Shown in pieces: positions 45,073-54,821 of a stretch of DNA of 64,000 nt (its first letter is position 1; each line of letters begins with the position of its first letter). The position numbers and the translations under genes were made by a program. This DNA is from a virus: positions 1 through 64,000 of the IMG/VR virus record IMGVR_UViG_3300015371_000007, one strand, 5' to 3'. A model generated the notes under the pieces. That model had not been told where the DNA came from, did no database searches, and saw nothing but the letters and a program-made list of their open reading frames with translations.

Positions 45073-47243
45073 GCAACCGTGTCCCCTTCGCGGGGTTCGT
45101 CGGCAGTGCCTTCAAGGCGTCGAGTCCGCGCTTCGAGATTCAGGACCTGTGGAACTGGTTCGTCGAGCGCGCCGAGTCGCCGGGGGCGAAGTCCGGCCAG
45201 GTGCTCTTGCCGTGTCCCGGCTTCGAGACGTTCGCGACGCTGCCGACCTTGCCGGTGCGCGGCGTGTTCGCGCAGAACAACCGGACGTTTGCCGTGGGCG
45301 GCGACACGCTCTACGAGCTGACGCGGCTCGGCGGCATCCTCACGCGCGCGACCACGGCGATTACGACCCCGGCGACCCCGATCATTACCAACAGCCCGCT
45401 CGCGCCCGCGCTGGTGAAGGCGAATCCGCCCGTCGTCACGCACGGCGGCGCGCTGGGCTCGACCACCTACGGCTACAAGGTCACGGCGACCAACGCCTAC
45501 GGCGAGACAGACGCCTCGCTGGAAGGCACGAGCCCCTACGGCAACGCCACGCTCTCGGGCACCAACTGGAACATCATCAGCTGGTCCGCGGTCGACGGCG
45601 CGACCGGGTACAAGCTCTATCGCACGACGGGCGGCGGCGCGGTGCCGGTCCTCGTGGCGGTCCTCAAGTCGACGACGCTGGTCTACAACGACCTCGGCAC
45701 GTCGGGCACGGCGGCGACGCCCCCGACGAGTAACACCAGCGGCGGCACGGTCGGCACGACGACCTACGGCTACAAGGTGACCGCGACGCTCGGCTTGGGC
45801 TCGACGGCCGCGAGCGCCGAAGGCGTGACCATCACCGGCCAGGCGACGCTCAGCTCCACCAACTACAACATCGTCACGTGGGCGAAGGTCACCAACGCGC
45901 GGGGCTATCAGGTCTACCGCACGACCGGCACGTCGGTGGGCACGGGCACGACCGTCCACCTCCCGCCGCCGCGCCTCATCGCCACCATCGACAGCCCCGA
46001 CACGCTGACGACGCAAGACATTGGCGACGATGGCGACAGCAAGACGCCGCCGACCACGAACACGACCGGCACCGCCGTCGTGCTGAACGACGGGTTGCCC
46101 GTCACCTTTTGCTCCAGCGGCGATGCCGGCGGACAGCTGTTCTTCGTGAGCGGCGGCACCGGCTACTGCTATGACCTTCGGACGGACGTCCTCGCGCCCG
46201 TGATTACCGGCGCCAACGCGAGCGGGTTCATTGACAGTTACTTCGTCTGCCTCGACGCCAACACCTCGACGCTGAAGGTCTCGGAGTCCTTCAACGGCTT
46301 CCTGTGGGACGCGACGCAGGTCTACCAGCGTGCGCGCGCGGGCGATAAGTGGCTGTCGATGGCGGTGACCTCGAACGAGATCTGGCTCATCGGCTCGCAG
46401 ACCGGCGAGGTGTGGACCGGCACCGGCAACGATGAGGCGCGCTTCACCCCCTACACGCCCGTTTTTCTCGAGACCGGCATCATCGCGACGGCCTCGATGG
46501 TGCGCGTGGCGGGCTCGCTGATGTGGGTCGCGCAGGACAAGGACGGCGCCGGCTACGTGGTCCGCACCAGCGGGTATCAGCCGCAGCGCGTGAGCACGGT
46601 CGCCGTCGATTACTCGATCCAACGACTCCAGACCATCGCCGACGGCTACGCCTTCAGTTATCAGATGGACGGCCACGCCTTCTATGTGCTGACGTTCCCG
46701 ACCGACCAAACGACCTGGGTCTACGACCTCGGGACCAACGAGTGGCACCGCCGCGGGTATTGGGATAGCGCGGCGATGACCTATGTCGCGTACCGGCCGC
46801 AGTGTTACACGTTCGCGTTCGGCGGGCTGGGCTTCGGCACCAACCTCGTGGGCGATCGTTCGTCCGGGCGCGTCTGCCGGATGCTCACCGATGCGGGCGT
46901 GGACGTCGATGGCTCCGTGATTCGCCGGCTGCGGCAGGCGCCGCACGTGGTCGACCACGACCAAGAGCTGACCTTCGACCGGTTGCAGATGGACATGGAC
47001 GTCGGCGTCGGGCTCTCGGCGGGCCAAGGCAGCGACCCGACGATGATGCTGTCGTACTCCAACGATGGCGGGTTGACATGGGGCAAGGAGCTGTGGCGCA
47101 GCGCCGGCCGGCAGGGCGACCGCCGGATTCAGGTGGCGTGGTCGCGGCTCGGCACGGCGAAGCTGCGCGTCTTTCGCCTCGTCGTCAGTGACCCGGTGCC
47201 GTGGCGCCTGGTCGGCGCGTGGCTGGAGCTGGAGGGCTCGTGA
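45069..47243 (+). CDS. Packaged-DNA stabilization/tail nozzle protein (P22 gp10-like) with inserted tandem beta-domains
   Basis: QRVSTVAV, GHAFYVLTFP, TWVYDLGTNEWH, DPTMMLSYSNDGGLTW. Confidence 0.85.
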   Translation: MSNRVPFAGFVGSAFKASSPRFEIQDLWNWFVERAESPGAKSGQVLLPCPGFETFATLPTLPVRGVFAQNNRTFAVGGDTLYELTRLGGILTRATTAITTPATPIITNSPLAPALVKANPPVVTHGGALGSTTYGYKVTATNAYGETDASLEGTSPYGNATLSGTNWNIISWSAVDGATGYKLYRTTGGGAVPVLVAVLKSTTLVYNDLGTSGTAATPPTSNTSGGTVGTTTYGYKVTATLGLGSTAASAEGVTITGQATLSSTNYNIVTWAKVTNARGYQVYRTTGTSVGTGTTVHLPPPRLIATIDSPDTLTTQDIGDDGDSKTPPTTNTTGTAVVLNDGLPVTFCSSGDAGGQLFFVSGGTGYCYDLRTDVLAPVITGANASGFIDSYFVCLDANTSTLKVSESFNGFLWDATQVYQRARAGDKWLSMAVTSNEIWLIGSQTGEVWTGTGNDEARFTPYTPVFLETGIIATASMVRVAGSLMWVAQDKDGAGYVVRTSGYQPQRVSTVAVDYSIQRLQTIADGYAFSYQMDGHAFYVLTFPTDQTTWVYDLGTNEWHRRGYWDSAAMTYVAYRPQCYTFAFGGLGFGTNLVGDRSSGRVCRMLTDAGVDVDGSVIRRLRQAPHVVDHDQELTFDRLQMDMDVGVGLSAGQGSDPTMMLSYSNDGGLTWGKELWRSAGRQGDRRIQVAWSRLGTAKLRVFRLVVSDPVPWRLVGAWLELEGS

Positions 47244-49735
47244 TCCCTCCGCCCAAGAACGCCGTCACCGATCCGCAGACCGGCCGCGTCACGGTGGAGT
47301 GGCTCAGTTGGCTGACGGACCTCGCCGACGCGGCGAGCGGCACCACGCCGACGACGCCGACGACCCCCAGCGGCGGCGGCAGCTCCGGGAGCGGCAGCTC
47401 CTCGGCGGCGCTGCCATTCAACCTCGTGACGGGCAGCGGCACCCTCGGCGCGCTGCCGAAGTGGGTCGGCGACAAGATCCTCGGTGACTCGATCATGGCC
47501 GAGGTCGGCGGGGTCATCACCGTCGCCGGCACGCTGTCGGCGATCGGGCTGCGAGCGAGCACCGCCGACATCGCGTTACTGACGGGCACCAACCTCACGC
47601 TGAGCGGCACGCTCACGGCGGGCACGGCGAACATCAGTGGGACGACGACCACGGGCCGACTGGTCGTGACCAACGACATCGCCTCACACCTCATCCCGTC
47701 GCTGACCGACACGTGGGATCTCGGCCGGTTCGATCGGCTGTGGAACCAGGCCTACATTTCGCAGATCAACGCCGTGGTCTTTGCGCGCACGACGCAGACG
47801 CTCTTCGGCGGGTATTCGACGATCGGGAAGAACGCCGGCTCCTTCACGGCCGATGTCGTCGCCGCCGACGTCACGACGATCAACTTCGGGCAGGCGATGA
47901 CGCCGAACGATTTCGTGCTGGTGCGCGCCACCGACACGAGCGGCCCGACCATCAAGGCCGAGTACCTGCAGATCGGCACGTTAGTCAGCGGGACGACCTA
48001 CAACGTCACGCGCGATCTCAGCGGGCTCTACGCGGCCAACGCCAATCCGACCTGGCCGAGCGGCACGCCGTATCTCGTGCTGGGCAACAGCGGCGACGGC
48101 CGGATCGATATGTACGCGTACGACGGGCGCCCGCGCACGGTCTACACCGTGCAGGGCGCGACCTACAACGCGCAGACGGACCGCGGCGTCATTGGGAACC
48201 TGAACGGCTACTACGGATACGTCACCAACGTCTTCGGCGCCGCGTTCGGCGACGCGACCAAGGCGTGGATCAAGATCGACGACGACCCGACGACGGGCGG
48301 GGTGAAGCTCGGGTACGGCGCGACGACCACGGTCCGGATTTCCTCGACGGGCGCGTCGAGCTTCGAGAGCGGCATCACCATCGGCGCGACCGGCAGTCTG
48401 ACAGCCGGCGGCGTCGTGCTGAATAGCTCCGGCCTGTATATCGACCCGGTCAGCGCGTCCGGCGGGGGCGCGTTTACGAATAACAACGCGGTGCGTTGGA
48501 CGACCGACGTGACGTATCACACGGCGATCTGGCGGTCGGATGATACGGCCGGAACGGCGATTAAGTACTGGAACTTCGATCAAATCAACGACTACGCCAC
48601 GGTTTACTCCAAGACGTACTTCAACACTCAGCAACGGTGTGCGCCGGGCTCGGCGATCTTTTGCTGGAGTCGGATGGTGCAGTGGGGCAAAGCGATGGGG
48701 GACGCCGAGTTGCTCTTGGTCTGCAGCGCGACCGACACGGTCAGTCGCTTCGAGGCCTACATCTGGATGTGGGGCTATTACACCGGCGGCTACGGGCAAC
48801 AGATCCAGATCGGTTTCGGGACCGCCCCGTCGATGAACGGCAGCGGGGGTGGAACTGGCGGCGTCTTCAGCAGCGGCCTCGTTCTCCGCAGCTCCGGCGC
48901 GGCGAACTCCGGCGCGACGGAGAACCGAGGGACGTTCACGTCGTATGGCTGCATCTCCGTCGCCGTCGAGGGGTCGACTGACACGCAGCTGCTGAACCTG
49001 TTCCGCATCACCGTCAGCAACGACCAGTCGGGCCTCGGCCATAACCTGCGGTGGGTGAGTGGGTCCGGCTTCCATCGCGGGGATACCGGGAAGTCCGGCT
49101 GGGGGATCCGCTTCGTCGGCAGCTCCAGCGGCGATGTCTTCTACATCGAGCGCGCCGCCGCCGGACCGGCTAACCCGCTGGCGCCCGTGCAGCTCTGGCA
49201 GATCGGGGCCACAGGCGTCGTCACTATGACCAACGCCCTCAACTTCAGCACAGACCCCGGCAGCTGGATCGACTGCGACATCGCCACACGGATCCGCATC
49301 ATCAGCAGCTATTCGGGCTTGAACCGCTGGGTGACGTGGGACGGCGTGCAGTGGTACTGCGCGACTGACGGCGTCGCGAATCTCGGGCACGGCGCCGGGC
49401 GCTGGAACACGCTCTACGCAACCAACGGGACGATCAACACGTCGGATGCGCGCACGAAGACCGACATCATCGAGACCGCTTTCGGGACCGCGTTCCTCAT
49501 GGCGCTGCGGCCCATCGACTTCCGGTGGAAGAACCCAGCGTGGGACGAGCGCCCGCATCACGGGTTCCTCGCGCAGGACGTCGCGCGCGTCGCGCCCGGC
49601 TTCGGGGGCCTGGAGTGGAACGTCGCGCACGAAGCGGTCGGCCTGAACTACATGACCTTCATCGGCCCGTTGGTCGCGGGCTTTCAGGATCACGAAACGC
49701 GCCTCCGCGCGCTGGAGCACCGTCATGGCGAATGA
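47240..49735 (+). CDS. Tail fibre/spike with C-terminal S74 intramolecular chaperone
   Basis: TINTSDARTKTDI...LRPIDFRWK...HGFLAQDV. Confidence 0.85.
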   Translation: MIPPPKNAVTDPQTGRVTVEWLSWLTDLADAASGTTPTTPTTPSGGGSSGSGSSSAALPFNLVTGSGTLGALPKWVGDKILGDSIMAEVGGVITVAGTLSAIGLRASTADIALLTGTNLTLSGTLTAGTANISGTTTTGRLVVTNDIASHLIPSLTDTWDLGRFDRLWNQAYISQINAVVFARTTQTLFGGYSTIGKNAGSFTADVVAADVTTINFGQAMTPNDFVLVRATDTSGPTIKAEYLQIGTLVSGTTYNVTRDLSGLYAANANPTWPSGTPYLVLGNSGDGRIDMYAYDGRPRTVYTVQGATYNAQTDRGVIGNLNGYYGYVTNVFGAAFGDATKAWIKIDDDPTTGGVKLGYGATTTVRISSTGASSFESGITIGATGSLTAGGVVLNSSGLYIDPVSASGGGAFTNNNAVRWTTDVTYHTAIWRSDDTAGTAIKYWNFDQINDYATVYSKTYFNTQQRCAPGSAIFCWSRMVQWGKAMGDAELLLVCSATDTVSRFEAYIWMWGYYTGGYGQQIQIGFGTAPSMNGSGGGTGGVFSSGLVLRSSGAANSGATENRGTFTSYGCISVAVEGSTDTQLLNLFRITVSNDQSGLGHNLRWVSGSGFHRGDTGKSGWGIRFVGSSSGDVFYIERAAAGPANPLAPVQLWQIGATGVVTMTNALNFSTDPGSWIDCDIATRIRIISSYSGLNRWVTWDGVQWYCATDGVANLGHGAGRWNTLYATNGTINTSDARTKTDIIETAFGTAFLMALRPIDFRWKNPAWDERPHHGFLAQDVARVAPGFGGLEWNVAHEAVGLNYMTFIGPLVAGFQDHETRLRALEHRHGE

Positions 49736-50072
49736 TTCCTACACACAGCAGCGGCTCGGGGCGGACCCCAACTTTCAGGAACGGGTGCGCGCCTGTCTGA
49801 TGACGGCGGCGTGGCAAGTGCTGGGGGAGCCGACCAACACGCCCGACCACGCGCAACGCGCGCAGTTCGCCCGTGTCGTCATCAACAGTCCGAACCAGCA
49901 GACGCAGTCGATCGCCACGTGGGTCGTCATGCGACCCAACGTGATGCTCTTCGAGACGTCGTACAACTTCCAGGCGGGCGCCATCATCAGCGCGACCGGC
50001 GACGCGGACATCACCTCGCAGCTCCTCACCGACTGGAACTTCATGGCCGGCATCACGACCGGCGTGACGTAA
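49725..50072 (+). CDS. Hypothetical tail-associated protein
   Basis: 115 aa, overlaps the fibre gene end. Confidence 0.6.
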   Translation: MANDSYTQQRLGADPNFQERVRACLMTAAWQVLGEPTNTPDHAQRAQFARVVINSPNQQTQSIATWVVMRPNVMLFETSYNFQAGAIISATGDADITSQLLTDWNFMAGITTGVT

Positions 50073-50079
50073 ACCCCTT

Positions 50080-50484
50080 ATGCCTATTGATTCAACGCTG
50101 GGGCGCCTAGTCGCCGCCGAAGAGGCGCTGCGACGCCTCGCCGAGCAACGGATGCCGCTCAAGACCGCCTATCAGATCGCCAAGCTCGCGAAGCTGTTGA
50201 GCGCGGAGGTCGAGATCTTCCAGCAGAAGAAGACGGAGATCTTCCGTGCCCACGGGACCGAGCGGCCCCCGAAGACGGAAGAGGAGCGCGCGCAGTTCGG
50301 GGAGACCGTGCTCGAAGTGCCACCCGCGTCGCGGCAGGTCGTGTTCGACGCCATGAAGGAACTGTTCGAGGTGCCGGTGCGGATTGAGTGGGCGCCGCTC
50401 ACGCTCGCCCAGCTGGACGGCGTGTCGATTTCGCCGCTCGACCTGATCGCGCTGGACCCGGTGGTCGAGGGCGATCCCGCGTAA
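50080..50484 (+). CDS. Hypothetical protein (possible tail assembly factor)
   Basis: MPLKTAYQIAK...ISPLDLIAL pattern. Confidence 0.6.
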   Translation: MPIDSTLGRLVAAEEALRRLAEQRMPLKTAYQIAKLAKLLSAEVEIFQQKKTEIFRAHGTERPPKTEEERAQFGETVLEVPPASRQVVFDAMKELFEVPVRIEWAPLTLAQLDGVSISPLDLIALDPVVEGDPA

Positions 50485-50544
50485 CTGGCGTACATCGCAC
50501 CCGTTTTGCGATCGGGGGTGACGGATCCGCAGAATCGACTCGGC

Positions 50545-50976
50545 ATGATCCGCCCCGCCACGGAAGACGACGTTCCGCGCCTGGTCGAAATGGGCGAGCG
50601 GTTTCTCACGGAGACGGTTTATCGCACGCGCGTCCCGGTCAATCCGCAGCAGATGGCGACAACGGTGTTGCGGCTACTCGCGACGGAGACCGGCGCCGTG
50701 TTCGTGTCGGAGCGCGACGGCGCGCTGGTCGGGATGATCGGCCTGCTGGCCTTCACCAACCCGATCACCGGCGAGCCCACGATCAGCGAGCTGTTCTGGT
50801 GGGTCGAGCCGGAGCATCGCGGGTGCGGCCTGCGGTTGCTGCGACGCGCCGAAGCCTGGGGGCGTGAAAGCGGCGCGGCGAAGGTGCACATGATCGCGCC
50901 GACACCGGACGTCGCGCGGCTCTACGAGCGGCTCGGCTACGAGCAACTCGAAACCACGTTTCAGAGGGCACTGTAA
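50545..50976 (+). CDS. GNAT-family acetyltransferase in the virion module
   Basis: MIRPATEDDVPRL...ELFWWVEPEHRG...LYERLGY. Confidence 0.85.
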   Translation: MIRPATEDDVPRLVEMGERFLTETVYRTRVPVNPQQMATTVLRLLATETGAVFVSERDGALVGMIGLLAFTNPITGEPTISELFWWVEPEHRGCGLRLLRRAEAWGRESGAAKVHMIAPTPDVARLYERLGYEQLETTFQRAL

Positions 50977-51987
50977 ATGGCTGTGGGCACCGCACTCGCA
51001 ATTGCCGGCGCCGCGCAGGCGATCGGCGGCATGATCAAAGCGAAGAAGCAGTCGACCGCCTCGAAGAAGGCGGCAGACGCGCAGGTCGCCGCGACCAACC
51101 AAGCCTCGGACTACATGCGGCAGGGCATGGGCCAGCTGGGGCAGCTCTATTCCCCCTACATCAACGCGGGCGCGGGCGCGATGGGGACGCTCGGCCGACT
51201 GACGACGCCTGGACCGGGCGCGCGCTACGCGTCACCCGGCCCGCCCAACGCGATGCCGTCGCCCTACGGGATGCCGCCGAATCAGGCGATGCCGCGCGGC
51301 GGGGGCTACGGGCCTCCCGGCGGGGGGATGCGAATGCCGGACGGGCGTCAGGTCGCCGGCCCGTACCCGATGGCGGATGGCGGCGACTTCAATGTCGCCG
51401 GCCCCACGATGTTCCTCGCGGGCGAAGCCGGCCCGGAGCGCGCGACGTTCCAGCCGCAAGGCGGCGGTGGCGGGAACTTTTTCGGTGGCGGCGGCGGGTA
51501 CGAAGTCCCTGAGCCCGGTGAGCCCGGCTACGGCCAACCGCCGCAGGGCGGCGGGGGTGGCAACTTCGGCAGCTACGGGGGGCAACCGCAGTTCCAGCCG
51601 CAGGGCGGCGGTGGCGGGGACTTCTTCAATGCCGGCGGTGGCGGGGGCGGCAACTTCGCCCACTACGGCGGAGAACAGCCGCAGTTCCAGCCGCCGCCGC
51701 CGTCGCAGGGCGGCGGGGGTGGCGGGATGAACTTCGCCGACTACATCGGGAGCCAACCGCCGCAGGGGGGCGGTCCGCCGCCACCGCCGCCGGGTGGCAA
51801 TTTCGCCGCGCCGAATCCGGGGATGCCGCGCATGGGCGCCGGCATGGCGATCGGCCGGTCCATGACTGGCGGACGCCGCCGGATGGGAATGCCGATGGGC
51901 GGAACCTTCGCGCGCATGATGCCAGGCGGTCCGATGGGTCCGCAGGGCGCGCCGATGGGCGACGGCGGCGGCAACTTCCGCTACTAA
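50977..51987 (+). CDS. DNA ejection protein (P22 gp7-like) with a Gly-rich repeat C-terminus
   Basis: MAVGTALAIAG...SKKAADAQ...SPYINAGAGA; PQGGGGGNF-type repeats. Confidence 0.75.
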   Translation: MAVGTALAIAGAAQAIGGMIKAKKQSTASKKAADAQVAATNQASDYMRQGMGQLGQLYSPYINAGAGAMGTLGRLTTPGPGARYASPGPPNAMPSPYGMPPNQAMPRGGGYGPPGGGMRMPDGRQVAGPYPMADGGDFNVAGPTMFLAGEAGPERATFQPQGGGGGNFFGGGGGYEVPEPGEPGYGQPPQGGGGGNFGSYGGQPQFQPQGGGGGDFFNAGGGGGGNFAHYGGEQPQFQPPPPSQGGGGGGMNFADYIGSQPPQGGGPPPPPPGGNFAAPNPGMPRMGAGMAIGRSMTGGRRRMGMPMGGTFARMMPGGPMGPQGAPMGDGGGNFRY

Positions 51988-51996
51988 GGGGCCGCG

Positions 51997-53244
51997 ATGC
52001 CGATGAATTACTTCGACCCGTCGACGATGCCGCGAGGGGCGAGTTATGGGGGCGGGGCCCCCGGCGGCGGCGGCGACACCAACGCGGCCGGCGCGGCGGC
52101 AGATCCGTTTGAGTACACGCAGGGATCGCTGCTCACGCCGTGGCAGGGCCACTTCAACTCGCAGGGCTACGGTGGCGGCTACAGCGTGCCGCAGTTCACG
52201 CCGTTCAACTACGCCGACATCAACTATCGCGCGCCGGATGTGGGCTCGTTCGGCGAGCGCTACGACGACCCGGCGGCGTTCCGCTTCGCCGACTTCGAGG
52301 GGCCCGACCAGTTCAAGGCGCCGACCGCGGAGGAGATGCAGCAGGACCCCGGCTACCAGGCGCGCGCGAAAGCGGCGCAGGCCGGCGCGACCGCGGCGGC
52401 GGCGCATGGGGGTGTGCTCAACACCGGCGGGTTCGCCAAGGGTCTCGCACGGACCCTTGGCGATCAAGCCGCGCAGGAGTACGGGAACGTCTACAACCGC
52501 CGCAAGAGCGAGTGGGACACCAATTGGGGCCGCGCGAAGGACATCTACGGCACCAATCAGGGCAACACGAAGCAGGCGTTCGACACCAACGTCGGCAACA
52601 AGCTCTCGGCCTATCAGACGCGGCAGAACACGTGGAAAGGCAACGCCGACGTCGGCCTCCAGCAAGGGCAACTCGGGTGGGACGTCGCGCAGGGCACGTG
52701 GGACCGCAACATGAGCAAGGCGCGACAGGGCTGGGACGATCAGCGTCAGTACGACCAGCAGGTCGCCGCCGCGAGCGCGTCGAACGCGAATCAGCAGTAC
52801 GAGCGCGACCTCGGGGACTACAACCGCGCGCGCGATGAGTTCTGGACGAATCAGGACCGCCAGTCGGGATTGCTCGATCGCGAAGCGAACCGCGGCATGA
52901 CGGCGGCGAACGCCTACGGCAACCAGCTGATGGGCGGCTACGGCGCGCTCGGCAATCTCGCCATCGGCGGCGGGGACGCGCGCGCCTCGGGCTACATGGG
53001 CAGCGGCAACGCGTGGGGCCAGTTTGCCGGCGACACGGCCGGCACGATCGGCGGGCTCGCGCTCTACGGGGCCATGAATCGGAGGCCGGCGGCGCCTGGT
53101 GGCGGCGGCGGTGGCGCCGCGCCGAGCGGACGATCGTATAGCGCGCCGCCGCAGCTCTCCGGCGTGACGCCGTTCTCGCGTCCGCCCACCGCCGTGATGC
53201 AGAACCCCTATGGCTACGGTGGTGGTGACTGGAGCAACCGCTGA
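51997..53244 (+). CDS. DNA ejection/transfer protein
   Basis: QDPGYQ...AAAHGGVLNTG...AAQEYGNVYNR; ARASGYMGSGNAW. Confidence 0.75.
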   Translation: MPMNYFDPSTMPRGASYGGGAPGGGGDTNAAGAAADPFEYTQGSLLTPWQGHFNSQGYGGGYSVPQFTPFNYADINYRAPDVGSFGERYDDPAAFRFADFEGPDQFKAPTAEEMQQDPGYQARAKAAQAGATAAAAHGGVLNTGGFAKGLARTLGDQAAQEYGNVYNRRKSEWDTNWGRAKDIYGTNQGNTKQAFDTNVGNKLSAYQTRQNTWKGNADVGLQQGQLGWDVAQGTWDRNMSKARQGWDDQRQYDQQVAAASASNANQQYERDLGDYNRARDEFWTNQDRQSGLLDREANRGMTAANAYGNQLMGGYGALGNLAIGGGDARASGYMGSGNAWGQFAGDTAGTIGGLALYGAMNRRPAAPGGGGGGAAPSGRSYSAPPQLSGVTPFSRPPTAVMQNPYGYGGGDWSNR

Positions 53245-54815
53245 TGCCGCAGATGCCCGACACGCGGATCGCGCTCAGCGGCCTGGGCGGCGGCGGCGGA
53301 CAACCCTCGTCGGGGCCGCTCGGGACGCTCGGCTCGCTGATGCAGATCAAGGAGCAGCAGCAGCAGAACGAAATCCGGAAGCGCGCGCTCGAAGAGGATG
53401 ACGCGCTGGACTCGGCACTCAAGCAGTTCGAGCGGCGCGGCGACGCGGTCGAGCACCTCTATCGACAGGGCTATCAGGGCGCCGCGAGTCGGCTGGCGAA
53501 GAGCGTCTATGACGAACGGAAACAAGAGATCGATCAGCAAACGGCCGAGATGAGCAACACCGCGAAGCGGCTCGAAATGGCCGGACAGATCATGTCCGCG
53601 GTCAACGACGACCAGTCGCTGCGGTTCTCGACGCCCGCGTTGGGCTCGCTGCTCGAACCCGTCTTCGGCAAGGGCATCTACGACCAGCTCGGCACGAAGT
53701 ACGACGAAGGCAAGAAGAAGATGCTGATGGATTGGGGCACCAATCGGATCACGCAGATCAACGAACAGCATCTGCAGCAGCAGGAGGGTCTCGCGAAGTG
53801 GCAGGCGGGCCAGATCGCGGATCCGGTGAGTGGCATGTGGTCACCGCAAGGCTTGGCGATCCGCCAGGGCTACCGCTCCGAGCTGGCGAACGATCTCGCC
53901 ACCGCGCAGAACAAGGAGCAGTGGGAGTACTACCTGACCAAGGCTCACGAGCGGAAGGTCCCGGACGACATCGTGACGGAGTTCGGCCCGTGGACGACCA
54001 ACGCCGCCGAGCGCGCGTTCGCGATCGGGCTGACGGGGCCGCAGGAAGCGACCTACGACGTCGGGAAAGACCGCGCCGAGACCGCGGCGGACCGCGAAGC
54101 GCGGCTGCTCGCGGCCGCGGGCGGTGGCGGCGCGCGCGGGGGCATGACCGCGTACCAGACGTGGGAAGCCGAAGGCAAGAAGGACAAGGAGAACGAGGAC
54201 ACCGAGGATTGGGCACAGGAGCAGTTCGACAGCGCGTTCCGCTTGAAGAAGAACTGGCCCAAGGGTCCGGACGGCAAACCGAAGAAGCCGTCGTTCGATC
54301 TCTCGCTCTTGCCGGAGGCGGATCAACAGGAGTTCGTCAAGCGCAAGCTCCGCACGGAAAACAACGATCGCCGTAAGCGCGGCCTGCTCCCGCTCGATGC
54401 GGCCGCGCGCCGCGCGTCGCAGAGCGGCGACACGGAGGGCTACGCGAAGCTGCAGGAGATCTACAACAGCCTCACCAACGGGTTGGTGCCGCGGCTCGAA
54501 GAGTTCATCCCGCCGCCGTCGGGGGCGATAGGCGCGCAGGGGACTGCCGCGGCACCCGCGTCCCCTCCGTCACCCGCGCCGCCCACGTCGCGCCCGGTCG
54601 GGGGCGGTGGGCCACAAGGGGCCGTCTTCCCCGGTGTCGGACCAACGCCAGGCGGCGGGCCGTTCGACGTGTCGGCGCCCGGCGCGCCCGGCTTCGCGGA
54701 GAAGCGCGCGCGCGTCGCCGCGGTGAACGCGCAGATCCAGCGCGAGACCGATCCGCAGAAGATCGCGGCGCTCTATCAGGAACTCGGCACCATCCTCAAT
54801 CTCAATTCGCGGTGA
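53244..54815 (+). CDS. DNA ejection/internal virion protein
   Basis: Position, helical Q/E-rich composition, TGATG coupling. Confidence 0.65.
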   Translation: MPQMPDTRIALSGLGGGGGQPSSGPLGTLGSLMQIKEQQQQNEIRKRALEEDDALDSALKQFERRGDAVEHLYRQGYQGAASRLAKSVYDERKQEIDQQTAEMSNTAKRLEMAGQIMSAVNDDQSLRFSTPALGSLLEPVFGKGIYDQLGTKYDEGKKKMLMDWGTNRITQINEQHLQQQEGLAKWQAGQIADPVSGMWSPQGLAIRQGYRSELANDLATAQNKEQWEYYLTKAHERKVPDDIVTEFGPWTTNAAERAFAIGLTGPQEATYDVGKDRAETAADREARLLAAAGGGGARGGMTAYQTWEAEGKKDKENEDTEDWAQEQFDSAFRLKKNWPKGPDGKPKKPSFDLSLLPEADQQEFVKRKLRTENNDRRKRGLLPLDAAARRASQSGDTEGYAKLQEIYNSLTNGLVPRLEEFIPPPSGAIGAQGTAAAPASPPSPAPPTSRPVGGGGPQGAVFPGVGPTPGGGPFDVSAPGAPGFAEKRARVAAVNAQIQRETDPQKIAALYQELGTILNLNSR

Positions 54816-54821
54816 CGTAAC

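Noticed and set aside
31851-49726. Long minus-strand ORFs (31851..33902, 35100..37052, 38390..40810, 44859..47027, 47981..49726)
   Set aside because: Antisense shadows of high-GC structural genes with no recognisable motifs.
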